Shown piece after piece: positions 12,297 to 24,147 of a DNA stretch of 64,000 nt. The stretch comes from Octopus vulgaris. Lineage: Eukaryota. The translations under genes were made by a program, and so were the position numbers. The stretch covers positions 33,976,001-34,040,000 of the forward strand of contig OX597835.1 in the NCBI GenBank assembly GCA_951406725.2, given 5' to 3'. Numbering within the stretch: position 1 is the stretch's first letter; every line of letters begins with the position of its first letter. The notes below the pieces were generated by a model. The model did no database searches, had not been told where the DNA came from, and was given only the letters and a program-made list of their open reading frames with translations.

Positions 12297-13619
12297 CGAA
12301 GGGCGTTCAATAAGTAATGCCCCTGACCCACTTCCCATAGCAGTAGAGCAACGAAACTTGGCACAGTTATTAGTCTTTTTCTACATAGGAACCACCCAGA
12401 GTTACGCATTTCTACCATCGTTTGATGCAGCTCTGGAGACCGTTTTTGTAGAAGACTCCAGCTTGGTCCTCCAACCTGAACGTGACTTCAGAAATCAAGG
12501 CTGCATCATCTGGGAAACGCTTTCCTTTCAAAAACAACTTCATGACTGGGAAGAGGTGAAAATCAGAGGGTGCAATGTCAGGAAAGTAGGGGGGATGGGG
12601 GAGGAGTTCATAGCCATACGCCTGTGCTTCTGATCTGGCGACAAGCAAGTTGTGGACCGGAGCGTTGTCCTGCAGGAGGCGGATGCCTTTGCTGATCTTG
12701 CCCCGCCTCTTGATTTTGATAGCTTCTCTTAATTTCCTCAAAAGTGAAGCATAATAGGCTCCTGTAATTGTGGTACCCTTTGCCAGGAAATCTGTCATCA
12801 CTACTCCGTCCTGGTCCCAGAAGACTGTGAGCATGACCTTGCCAGCGGAGGGCTACACCCTTGCCTTCTTTGGAGGAGGTGAGTCACGGTACTTCCACTG
12901 CATTGACTGGGCTTTGGTCTCTGGATCATAGTGATGGACCCAGGTTTCATCCTGTGTAATCAGTCTTTTGAAAACTTTTGACTCATCTTCTTGGCACATC
13001 TTCAAATTCATTCTCGCGCTATCGACGCGTTCTTGCTTCTGGAAAGGTGTGAGCAACCTGGGAATCCATCTGGCAGACACCTTTTGTATATGCAAATGGT
13101 CATGAATGATAGTTTCCCCAGACCCGGTACTAATCTTGACCTTATGGGCTATTTGGCGGATAGTTATGCGTCAATCTTCCAAAATGGCAGCCTCAACTTG
13201 ACGGACAGATGCCTCATCAATGGCAGAAGTGGGGCGACCAGAAGTGGGGCGACCAGAAGTGGGGCGACCAGATCTGGGAGCTGTTTCCACAGAGTTCTGA
13301 CCATGTTCGAATTCAGGATGCCAGAGTTTTACAAGGTCATATGATGGGGCATCATCACCATAAGTTACTTTCATTTCATCAAAAGTCTCCAGTGGTGTGC
13401 GTCCTTTCAAATACAAAAACCGGTTCACTGCTCGACACTCGACAGGCTCCATTTCACACCTGACTCAGTTCAAACACCTGTAAATCAGAAACCACAATTA
13501 GTTCAGAGCTGTAATTTTCCACTTAATCTATAGAGATATAAATTATTGTACATGCAAAATTTCAGCTAGATCAAACAAATGCAAGTGGGTTAGGGGCATT
13601 ACTTATTGAACGACCCTCA
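12297..13619 (-). mobile_element. Full-length mariner (DD34D) DNA transposon
   Basis: TIRs CGAAGGGCGTTCAATAAGTAATGCCCC / GGGGCATTACTTATTGAACGACCCTCA; TA on both sides. Confidence 0.95.
12370..13452 (-). pseudogene. Mariner transposase with three in-frame stops (13171, 12853, 12412)
   Basis: Three same-frame ORF pieces with WIPRLL, DETW, QDNA and HPPYFPDIAPSDFHLF; 34 residues between the last two Asp; in-frame 15-bp SGRPT duplication. Confidence 0.93.
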
Positions 13620-13754
13620 TATCTTCCACATTCAAAGTCAACCTTCCTGTGAGTCCATTACCCCACTTATGTGTCCGTAGTCTCCACTGGTTGCTTTCTA
13701 TGGAATTTCTACCTACATCTTTTCTACATGCTCCACCCCACCCCCCAACCCCAC

Positions 13755-13945
13755 TGCCAGTGGCACGTAAAAGGCGGCCACCACACTCTTGGAGTGGTTG
13801 GTGTTAGCAAGAGCATCCATCTGTAGAAGCCTTGCCAGATCAGATTGGAGCCTGGTGCAGCCTCTTGGCTTGCCAGTCCTCTGTCAAACCGTCCAACCCA
13901 TGCCAGCATGGAAAGCGGACATTACACAATGATGGCAGTGATGAT
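13755..13945 (+). mobile_element. RTE-tailed repeat
   Basis: Same 3' sequence as 15840-16030. Confidence 0.75.
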
Positions 13946-14008
13946 ATATATGCTTACATACATGGACAACGGATGTTAAATGATGATATATAGTCATACA
14001 TACATGCA

Positions 14009-14042
<34 letters not shown>

Positions 14043-14119
14043 TTATCGCCATACTAATATGGCATTCTTATAAAAATAAGAATAAAGTTGACCGCTTATT
14101 AGCTCCATGGTTTGGCTAC

Positions 14120-14161
14120 GCTGCATTGAAAAGGGGCAATACCCCAAAACGCGTCTGTAGC
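14120..14161 (+). ncRNA. Type I hammerhead, unit 1 (GAAA mutated to AAAA, probably inactive)
   Basis: GCTGCA-TTGAAAA-GGGG CAATA CCCC-AAAA-CGCG-TC-TGTAGC. Confidence 0.65.
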
Positions 14162-14482
14162 TGCCGGCCAAGTAGTGTGGAGCGACTGACCTCCCTTGTT
14201 CAAAGGTTATATGGATACAGTTTGTGTATCAAATAGCTAACTTAAGGCGATGGCCTCATGGAGCTAATAAGCGGTCAGCTTTATTCTTATTTTTATAAGA
14301 ATGCCATATTAGTATGGCGATAACTAATATTTTCCGGGAACGCTGCCGTTGTTCTCTTTTAGAGAGACTTAGTAATTTTAATATTTCTATTATTGAAAAC
14401 AAGTGGATGTATTCCACCGAAGCTAGGTAAATAAAACCTTTGAACAGAGATTGTCAGAAGCGACACCTACTGGTTTGGCTAC

Positions 14483-14524
14483 GCTGCATTGAAAAGGGGC
14501 AATACCCCGAAACGCGTCTGTAGC
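14483..14524 (+). ncRNA. Minimal type I hammerhead ribozyme (U3-A8 core), unit 2
   Basis: GCTGCA-TTGAAAA-GGGG CAATA CCCC-GAAA-CGCG-TC-TGTAGC; palindromic stem III ACGCGT; GUC site. Confidence 0.82.
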
Positions 14525-14845
14525 TGCCGGCCAAGTAGTGTGGAGCGACTGACCTCCCTTGTTCAAAGGTTATATGGATACAGTTTGTGTATCAAATAGC
14601 TAACTTAAGGCGATGGCCTCATGGAGCTAATAAGCGGTCAGCTTTATTCTTATTTTTATAAGAATGCCATATTAGTATGGCGATAACTAATATTTTCCGG
14701 GAACGCTGCCGTTGTTCTCTTTTAGAGAGACTTAGTAATTTTAATATTTCTATTATTGAAAACAAGTGGATGTATTCCACCGAAGCTAGGTAAATAAAAC
14801 CTTTGAACAGAGATTGTCAGAAGCGACACCTACTGGTTTGGCTAC

Positions 14846-14887
14846 GCTGCATTGAAAAGGGGCAATACCCCGAAACGCGTCTGTAGC
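14846..14887 (+). ncRNA. Minimal type I hammerhead ribozyme (U3-A8 core), unit 3
   Basis: Identical to unit 2. Confidence 0.82.
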
Positions 14888-15207
14888 TGCCGGCCAAGTA
14901 GTGTGGAGCGACTGACCTCCCTTGTTCAAAGGTTATATGGATACAGTTTGTGTATCAAATAGCTAACTTAAGGCGATGGCCTCATGGAGCTAATAAGTGG
15001 TCAGCTTTATTCTTATTTTTATAAGAATGCCATATTAGTATGGCGATAACTAATATTTTCCGGGAACGCTGCCGTTGTTCTCTTTTAGAGAGACTTAGTA
15101 ATTTTAATATTTCTATTATTGAAAAAAGTGGATGTATTCCACCGAAGCTAGGTAAATAAAACCTTTGAACAGAGATTGTCAGAAGCGACACCTACTGGTT
15201 TGGCTAC

Positions 15208-15249
15208 GCTGCATTGAAAAGGAGCAATACCCCGAAACGCGTCTGTAGC
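15208..15249 (+). ncRNA. Minimal type I hammerhead, unit 4 (one stem II mismatch)
   Basis: As unit 2 but GGAG/CCCC in stem II. Confidence 0.72.
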
Positions 15250-15475
15250 TGCCGGCCAAGTAGTGTGGAGCGACTGACCTCCCTTGTTCAAAGGTTATAT
15301 GGATACAGTTTGTGTATCAAATAGCTAACTTAAGGCGATGGCCTCATGGAGCTAATAAGCAGTCAGCTTTATTCTTATTTTTATAAGAATGCCATATTAG
15401 TATGGCGATAACTAATATTTTCCGGGAACGCTGCCGTTGTTCTCTTTTAGAGAGACTTAGTAATTTTAATATTTC

Positions 15476-15516
<41 letters not shown>

Positions 15517-15517
<1 letters not shown>

Positions 15518-16030
15518 CTGGCATCCGTGCTAGCGGGGTGTAAAGAGCGCCATATGAGTGTGATCGTTTGACAGAGTGACTAACCGGCATCCGTGCCCGT
15601 GGCACATAAAAGGGCACCATTCAAGTGTGATTTACTAGCGTTGCCTTACTGGCACTTGTGCCCATGCTAGTAGGGTGCCAAGAGCACCATCCGAGCATGA
15701 TCATCGCCAGAGCAGCCAACTGGCTTCCATGCTGGTGGCACATAAAAGGGCACCATTCAAGCGTGATCGTTACCAACGTCACTTTACTGGCACATGTGCC
15801 GGTGGCATGTGTAAAAAGATTCGAGCAAGGTCATTGCCAGTGCCGGTGGCACGTAAAAAGCACCCACTATACTCTCGGAGTGGTTGGCGTTAGGAAGGGC
15901 ATCCAGCTGTAGAAACTCTGCCAGATCAAGATTGGTGCCTGGTGCAGCCATCTGGTTCGCCAGCCCTCAGTCAAAATCATCCAACACATGCTAGCATGGA
16001 AAGCAGACATTAAACGATGATGATGATAAT
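15517..16030 (+). mobile_element. RTE-tailed repeat with internal sub-repeats
   Basis: Duplicated GGCACATAAAAGGGCACCATTCAAG and TTACTGGCAC blocks, then GGAAGGGCATCCAGCTGTAGAAA and a (GAT)n tail. Confidence 0.75.
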
Positions 16031-16759
16031 ATATATGATGTACTTCCCACTGACAATGCATTAGTCATCTCAGGGCTATATAGTCTATGACACCTGCACA
16101 AAGAGCTATGCATTTGGATCAAACTTGGAACCATTTAGTTGCAAAATAAAACTTCTTAACCACATCACCATTCTTTAGTTATTACAATGAAGAATTCGGT
16201 AATAATAAAAGAAAAAACATCCTTGTTTACAAGAGACAATTTTACCATAGTTCAGATCCATGGCATCATGGAAATACAAACATGAAAATGATGAGTGATG
16301 AGGATAACTGTTTTTCTTTACCAATAACTTTTGAATAAATATTTTCATATGTGACATAAATCAAACCTTTTACTTGACACATCTCAGCTAACCAATATTC
16401 ACCTTGAGAGATCAATTCATCTGTGATCAATAAATATTGAAACTGAACAATCGCTCGCCTCACAGCAATCAGTTGCAAATTGTATAGATCAAGTTTTCCC
16501 ATTTTGCTATTATTTTATTATTATTTTTCCTTCCGATGCCGATAGACGTACGTGAATCAGCTCCGTGAATTTGACACCAATTTCATTGGAAATCTATTAA
16601 TAGGTTTGAATATTTTTTAATATTTTTGTAGCCAAACCGACCGGCTTCTTGCGGAGCTCGTCGGTTGGGCGAAATTTTGCCCCATTCGGGGTGAAATTAT
16701 GTTTTAAAATTTTGAACATTTGACATTTTTCAACATTTTGAATATTACAACAAAAAAAC

Positions 16760-17783
16760 ATGGCTATGAAGCGAACAGTTGGCTGTTCCTTCCTTCAAGA
16801 TACATTCCCTCCGCAAACACACACAACTCGTACAAAACACCCACTTCACGCCTTAAAAGGCAACAAAGATTCTCCTTCCGAACCGCAGACCACGAGCTCG
16901 GTTCAAAAGGAGAATGCAAGCCAGGACGTCGCGTTCGACGTAATTCTCGATTTTCCCCCTCTGCCTTCACCCAATGCTTTGGTACGGAAGGAGGAGGAAG
17001 AAAAAACAAATGCAAAAATCAACACAAACATTGACACGGAGATAAAAGAAAAAACTTCCAACAATTTTGCTTCTGCTGCGAAGCAAATTTCGGAGGAAGT
17101 TAAGATAACTCTAGAAGATGTGAAAAGAGCGAAGGAATTGTTAAGGAAGGATGGCAATGGTATCTTCCTCAATACTCCACAAGAGGTGATTGAAAGCACC
17201 AACAAGCAAACAATAATTTACAAAGTTTTCGACAGAAAACTAAAAAGAATAACAAATGCCACACCCCAACAGTTGGAGATAGCTCTAAAGCCCATTTGGG
17301 CCCAAAAGAGCTACGTAACCAAGGGGAAGCGTTTTGGAACCGTGGAGGTTCGCTTCCCAACAGAGGAGCTTGCAAGGGCGAACGCCATTTCGCCCTTGCA
17401 AACTGAGAATTTGTTACTAATTCCGACCCACCTCGGGCGAAGAGTAACAAAAATAAAAATCGACCTCGTCCCCCCTGAGCTAAATATGTCATGGCTGGTG
17501 GCAGCTGTCCTCTATGATATAGAGGACACTACCACCATTCTAGATGTCAGGAGAGTGAGGGCGAAAAACTGGTTGGGGATGGGAGTGCTTCTTCTTGCGC
17601 AAATTCAGCAAGAGAATATAAGTAAAGTCCCTGATTTCGTAAGTTTGCCGGACGGCACCAGGCTAAACGTTGCTGTGGAGGGGCGAAAGCCAAAATGTTT
17701 TCTCTGCAGCAGCGAAAGCCACTTAAAGAGGGACTGTCCCATTCACAAAAAGAGGATGGAGGCTTTCAGCAAGAGGCAGCAGC

Positions 17784-17814
<31 letters not shown>

Positions 17815-18394
17815 CAAGCAACAACAACAGAAACAACAAAAACAGCAAGAAACACCAAAGGCTGCCACACCACCAACACCATCACCAACACCAGCACCAA
17901 GACGAACAACACCACCTCCAACAACAACAACCACCACCAAACCAACACCGACAACCACCACCAAACCAACACCGACACCAGTACCTCGAAGGTCGACAGC
18001 AGCGACATCAACAGTAACAGGAGCAGCGGCACCACCGATACCGGTGGAACCAGAAACTTTTCGTCCTGCTACTGAAGCAGACCCCTCAACCATTCCTTTG
18101 CCGGATGAAGAGTCGGATTGTGCGAGCTCTGATTCCAACAAAGGAGAATGGAGTATAGTGCCTCCAAAGAAGAAAAGGAGGAAGAAACAAAAAGATTTAC
18201 AGGAAGCACGAACAAATAGTGCTTCCCAACATCAACAACAACAACAACAACAACACACACTCACAACAACAAACAACAACAACACTTTCGACACCACTAC
18301 TGCCACTGCCACACACACAAACACACACAGACACAATTACATCAATAAACACAAAGAACCAAAAACTAGTGGAGTACTTAAAAAACAAAACTAG
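16760..18394 (+). CDS. Tx1 ORF1, gag-like nucleic-acid-binding protein (544 aa)
   Basis: CFLCSSESHLKRDC CCHC knuckle, poly-Q, Pro/Thr linker, KKKRRKK basic tract. Confidence 0.88.
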
Positions 18395-18617
18395 TACAAA
18401 TATAACCGATTTCATCATACCAACACAAAACACACCACCAGCACACATTCTCACAATAAAAATAAATGCAAAAACATATGATGAAATCAAACAAATATTC
18501 CCTAACGATGTGGGATCGCTAGGGAAAAGTTTCTCGAAGAAACTTTATAAAAACATTGTGGAAGCACCCGTGCAAAAGCACAAGGGAGCCACCCCCACCA
18601 CCAACAACAGTAAGTAG
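18219..18617 (+). CDS. Conserved +1-frame ORF overlapping the end of ORF1 (no ATG; frame open from 18159)
   Basis: TPPAHI..TY..IK.IFP..VG......SKKLYKN homologous to 2470-2751. Confidence 0.6.
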   Translation: MLPNINNNNNNNTHSQQQTTTTLSTPLLPLPHTQTHTDTITSINTKNQKLVEYLKNKTSTNITDFIIPTQNTPPAHILTIKINAKTYDEIKQIFPNDVGSLGKSFSKKLYKNIVEAPVQKHKGATPTTNNSK

Positions 18618-18654
18618 AGCCTTTTTCTCCTTTTTTTTTTCCCTACTTTGAGAC

Positions 18655-21600
18655 ATGGCAAATCTTAGAATCGGTTGCTTGAATGTGAGAGGCCTCAGGT
18701 CACCTTGGAAACAGGGTCACCTGTTAAACGACCTGAGGTTTCATGATGTGGATGTAGCAGCCATCAGTGAAACCAGGCTCTCCGACCCGCAGGAACTCGC
18801 AGCCCTTTTCGGCGGATACGAGATATTTCTATCTCCGTGTCGGCCGGGAGCGGGCGGTGGTGGTACTGCGGTGTTGTTTCGGAAGGGCCTGGACCTGAAA
18901 ATAAGGACAGTCTTCTTGGATCCGGAAGGTAAGTTGGTGGTCCTCGACGTCGACGGTAGTGACGGCGGTGCTTTCAGACTGCTGGCTGCCTACGCTCCGA
19001 CAGGAGCATGGCAGTCGGATTATTTCAAACGTCTGGAAGTTTTCCTGGGAACGTCACGCACTCTAGTACTAGTTGGGGATTGGAACGCTGTCTTAGACGA
19101 ACGTTTCGATCGGGTGGGCAGGGGAGCGTCTGTTAGGAGAGGGGGAGGGTGCAAGAGCCTCGCCAACCTACTCGGCCGCTTTCAGCTGTCCGACAGGTTT
19201 CGACTAGACAACCCGAATGTGCCAATGTGGACTTGGACAAACCGCATCGGGTCGTCTAGATCGTACTTAGATAGAGTGTTTTGTAGGCCAGCGGATAAGG
19301 ACAGCGTAGGGTGTCCACAATTCCACCTAGTCGAATATACGGACCACAAATTAGTGATCTGTACGGTCGACTTAGATAGGCTACATAGACAGGGACCCGG
19401 CTACTGGAAGCTGAACGCGTCGTTAACGGCGTGCAAAGCTTACAGAGACCGGATTAGTTTACTAGTTAAGCGGGCGCTCACGGGGGCAATCATCAACAAC
19501 AACTGGTGGTTTGCCCTCAAGAGAGCAATTAGAGTAGAGTCGATTAGGTAAAGTAAGACTCTAGCTATTGAACGTAGGAAGAGAGAGCGGGATTTAGTTA
19601 AGAAACTAGACGAGGCTCTTGACACTGGCATCGCGACCGACGTGTTGGCGGCAAGGTTGGCCCTCGACCAACACTTCGACGCCAAACACGAAGGCTGCGT
19701 TGTCAGAGCTAAGGCACGTTCGCTAAGCGGGGAGGGGACTAGAGCCGCTCGATGGGCCCGCGTGGCGGAGGCGAAGCGAGGCAACAAAGCAACCATTCGG
19801 TCTTTGGTGGACCAGAACGGGCGCGAGGTTACCCAACCGAAGCAGATGTGTATGGTGCTTCAGCGGCACTTTGCTCAACTGTTTGGGACGAGCGGTGGAA
19901 CGGACACCAACGGTACAGACTTCGGTGTGTACCTGGACGGACTGCCGCAACTCTCGGACAGCGAGGCGGAGTGCTGCGAAGGACCGATATCTGCCTGGGA
20001 AGTACAGGAAGCGATGAAGAGTTGCACGAGAGGTAGATCGCCGGGTTTGGATGGTCTGCCCTACGAGCTTTACTTTTCGATGCCAGACTTGTTTGCGGAC
20101 CTGTTGGCAAACGTCTACTGCAACTGGCAGCAAAACGGGAGAATTCCTGCTTTTGTCTGTCGAGGGGTGGTGGCTTTGCTAAAGAAGGACCCAAACAAGG
20201 GGGACGTTATAGGGAATTTCCGGCCCATCACTCTGCTCAATGCAGAGTTGAAGATTTTGGCCAAGGTGCTAGCCAAGAGATTGGCGCTTGTCGTGGACAA
20301 GCTGGTCGGCGGGACGCAGACATGCGCCGTGCCGACCAGGTCGATACACGACAACCTCCATCTCATGCGCTACATCATAGAGAGGGTGGGTAACGACGCT
20401 GGCGCGGGTGGGGCTTTGATCAACTTGGATCAGAGTAAAGCCTTCGATAGGGTCGACCATCGGTACCTGGCAGCTGTCCTCAAGGCAGCCGGCTTCGGTC
20501 CAGTCTTCCGCGGGTGGATCGCTGCTTTATACAGCAACATCTGCTCGGTGATACGGGTGAACGGTCACCTTTCGGAACCGTTCGACATCTCGCGTTCGGT
20601 CCGCCAAGGATGCCCTCTCTCCTCCCTCTTGTACATTTTGACTCTCGAGCCATTACTGCGCAAGTTGGAGGCTTTGAGGGGCATCCCGCGCGATCTAGGA
20701 GGCGGAAACAGCGTGTCTGCTTATGCCGACGACGTCACCGTGGTGGTGTCGAGCCACAGGCACATTGGCCTGATTGGCGAGACGCTAAACCAGTACGAAG
20801 CGGTGACAGGGGCAAAGATTAACGCGGAAAAGTCTGTGGGCTTGCAACTGGGCACCTGGAGAGGCAAGCCCATGCCGTTCAACAGCGTCGTAGGGCGCTG
20901 GACAGACGGACCCGTTAAACTGCTCGGGGTCTGGTTCGGTCCGGACCTCCAGGTGGATAAGAACTGGGAAGAGGTGACGAGCAGGGTGGCACGTCTCACC
21001 CAGAAATGGGCCGAGAGGAAGCTGTCCCTGAAAGGTCGAGCGGAGGTGGCGAATGTGTACATCGCATCCGTCATCTATTACCGCTTGACCGTCGTCCCTT
21101 GTCCCGACCGCTGGTTGGCCAAGCTGGTACGCCTGCTCTTCGACTTTTTGTGGAAGGGTCAGGTGCCACTGGTCAGGCGATCCATCTGCTGTCAACGACC
21201 GCTGAACGGAGGCCTTGGAATGCCGTGGTTGCTGTTGCGCAGACATGCGCTCAGGCTGCGGCATCTCAAGCGCTTCCTAGACGGTGAACAGGTGTGGTCG
21301 TCTTTTGTCAGACGCGATTTTCCGCAGCTCGTCTCTTTGACGGAGCTGCAGACCTGGATCAAACGTAGACCGAGAAAGGGCGCTTGGCACCTCGAGTGCC
21401 GTCAAGCCCTCTCCGCCCTCCACCAGGCGGGCAATGCGGTCGGTTACAGCTCCACTCTAGCGTTCTATAGAGGGTTAGTGGAGGAAAAATGCGACGACGT
21501 TCTCGGGGAAACTCTAGGCGTTGAAGATGACGAACTGTGCGGTCTGTTCGGGAGGACTTTCGGGCCGGGGCCGATGGATAATTTCCAGAGGTCTCTCGCT

Positions 21601-22089
21601 TGGCAGTGCTACCGAGGGGCTCTGCCTGTTCGAGATAAACTCTACCGGCACGGAAGTGCCGTCAGCCGGGCCTGCCCGAGGTGTTGCCAGGACGATGAAA
21701 CCGTTCTGCACGCACTCGTTCAGTGCCCGAGTATTGCTGAAATATGGGTTTATGTCGAACAGCTACTGTCACGTGTAGGACGGATCCGACTATCGGCCGA
21801 ATCCATAGTGAAGATTGCCCCGCCGACCTCCTTTAACAAGGAGGGCGAGGCCGTTTTCTTGTGCCTAGTGGCTGTGGCGAAAGAGGTCGTGTGGTGGACT
21901 CGTTTGAAAGGGCTAAAGACAGACACTTTCCTCTTTGGTCAAGGCCTCATCAACTTTTTCAAGTTTCACCTGAAAAGGAAGATGAGGTTAGAGAGGAAAG
22001 TGCTGTCCGATAGCAAGTTTTATGAAAGGTGGGTGAATTGTGCGAGACTGGCCTGTATAAATGGACCAGTTCTCAGGTTTCGCCTGTGA
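18655..22089 (+). CDS. Tx1 ORF2: APE endonuclease, RT, C-terminal Cys/His domain (about 1144 codons; one in-frame TAA at 19549-19551)
   Basis: ORFs 18655-19551 and 19642-22089 share a frame; GDWN, TDH, QGCPLS, YADD, CPRC..ETVLHALVQC; the stop sits where copy A has Tyr. Confidence 0.93.
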
Positions 22090-22368
22090 TTTCAAAGAAA
22101 AAGGTAATGTAAAAGGAGAAGAAAGGGGACTCTCTACACCCCCTTTTTTTGACCAGGCTCCCGTTGGCTTTTGTAGGGTTTTTTCACCAGGAACCTTTCG
22201 AAACGTCTCCCCCTTTTGGGAGTTTTTCATTGTTTTAATAATCATTGTTTTAAAGTTTTTTACACGGATTTTTTAACAAACGGACAAAACCCTTTGTAAC
22301 CTTTCGTCCTGTCTTGTCCCTTTATGTAATCATGCGTGTCAGCCCTTGTGGCCAATAAAAAAGAATTG

Positions 22369-22462
<94 letters not shown>

Positions 22463-22540
22463 CTATTGTAGAACAGATTATTATTATTTTTATTATTATT
22501 ATTATTATTAGTAGTAGTAGTAGTAGTAGTAGTAGTATTT
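22369..22540. repeat. (ATT)n/(AGT)n tail or target tract
   Basis: Direct reading. Confidence 0.95.
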
Positions 22541-22786
22541 CTATTATAGAACAGATTATACTTGTTGTTATACACTTAGATTGTAATTTCTGCAATGTGG
22601 TGCAGAGATTGTCAAGTAAATAAGAGGCATATTTGACCCAACTGATTCAGTTGCAAAGTGTTGAGTAGAGTTATTTGGTTGCTGACCTCCTTTCAGTTTT
22701 TTTTATTATCACTGGGTCACACATAGTCACCAGATGGTAACATTGATTTCAAGGCCTTCCAAGATGAGTGACTGGTTATTCATTAT

Positions 22787-23348
22787 TGAGTGAGTGAGAG
22801 AGCAGTGCATGCCATCAAAGTGACACTGGGGTAAAATATACAAAACCCAGTATACTCATCATGACTACCCGTCTGATAAGGGTACACCAGGCACATGCAT
22901 CACAACCAAATGTATGCAATATGGTGATCTCATATCAAGATAAACAGCACATGACCTTGCAAGTGGGGCCCAGTTAGAATTTTCTTCAGGTCAAGTAGTC
23001 CATCTCACTCAAAAGGTCCCTGAATAAGGGTTGTTTAAGGATGTTGAACGAAACACCCATGTTTCCAGAGGTGGATTATCCAAACCCCAAAGAATTCCTC
23101 TCAACACATGGCTATGATGCTCCCCCACTTCTTCTGCTGATAATCAGAGATTCACATATCATCAGCCACTAAGGGACATGCTCAACTGGTTATAGCCAAA
23201 CAACTGACAAGCAAATCTGTGGTATTGAGCAGAATATTTGCTGTAGCCCATCTTTTATACCAAGACAAAACAATGTACATGATAATGCTTCCAATCAGTT
23301 AAGATCAGAAGCCACGAGAGCCACTGCCTGGTACTGCATTAGGGCATA
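22787..23348 (-). mobile_element. About 560-bp non-coding element associated with (TAA)n (family D)
   Basis: Near-identical copies at 23382, 45365 and 56180; 3' end GCTCTCTCACTCA-(ATA)n. Confidence 0.85.
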
Positions 23349-23381
23349 TCATCATCATCATTATTATTATTATTATTATTA

Positions 23382-23997
23382 TTGAGTGAGAGAGCAGTGC
23401 ATGCCATCAAAGTGACACTGGGGTAAAATATACGAAACCCAGTATACCCATCATGACTACCCGTCTGACAAGGGTACACCAGGCACATGTATCACAACCA
23501 TATGTGCGCGACATGGTGATCTCATATCAAAATAAACAGCACATGACCTTGCAGGTGGGGCCCAGTTAGAATTTTCTTCAGGTCGAGTAACCCATCCCAC
23601 TCGAAAGGTCCCTGAATAAGGGTTGTTAAAGGATGTTGAACGAAACACCCATGTTTCCAGAGGTGAATTATTCAAACCCCAAAGAATCCCTCTCAACACA
23701 TGGCTATGATGCTCCCCCACTACTTCTGCTCGTGATCAGAGATGCACATATCGTCAGCCACTAACGGACATGCTCAACTGGTTAAGGTCAAACAACTGAC
23801 AAGCAAATCTGTGGTATTGAGCAGAATATTTGCTGTAGCCCATCTTTTTATACCAAGACAAAACAATGTACATGATAACACTTCCAATCAGTAGGGTACA
23901 CTAGGCACATGCATCACAACCATATGTGCGCGACATGTAGTAGTAGTAGTAGTAGCATGAGAGCCACTGCCTGGTATTGCATCAGGGCATCAGGGCA

Positions 23998-23998
<1 letters not shown>
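23382..23998 (-). mobile_element. Family D element with a small internal rearrangement at about 23893-23955
   Basis: Tandem with the previous copy; flanked by (ATT)n. Confidence 0.85.
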
Positions 23999-24029
<31 letters not shown>

Positions 24030-24147
24030 GCATTTATTTTTAGCGATGTTGTGGGGGACAACATCCTTATTCTGTCTTTTGGAATGTGGTAGACATTTGT
24101 CATGTTAAAAGTTTAGTAGATCTAACTCGGGTTATCTTTTGTCTTCT

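Larger units (their letters stand above)
14037..15480 (+). mobile_element. Retrozyme / Penelope-style non-autonomous element: about 3.8 tandem 363-bp units plus a 72-bp inverted tail, inside (TA)n
   Basis: Units start at 14109, 14472, 14835 and 15197 and are near-identical; 14037-14109 is the reverse complement of 14257-14330. Confidence 0.88.
16530..22368 (+). mobile_element. Near-intact full-length Tx1/L1-clade retrotransposon, copy B
   Basis: 5'UTR, ORF1, extra ORF, ORF2, 3'UTR ending GCCAATAAAAAAGAATT then (ATT)n; short ATT-rich 5' flank. Confidence 0.95.

Noticed and set aside
14109-15480. CRISPR-like array
   Set aside because: Whole 363-bp units are repeated with no unique spacers; eukaryotic context
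16266-16502. 78-aa minus-strand ORF
   Set aside because: No recognisable motif or splice structure
18618-18654. Splice acceptor before ORF2
   Set aside because: Copy A has the pyrimidine tract but no equivalent AG
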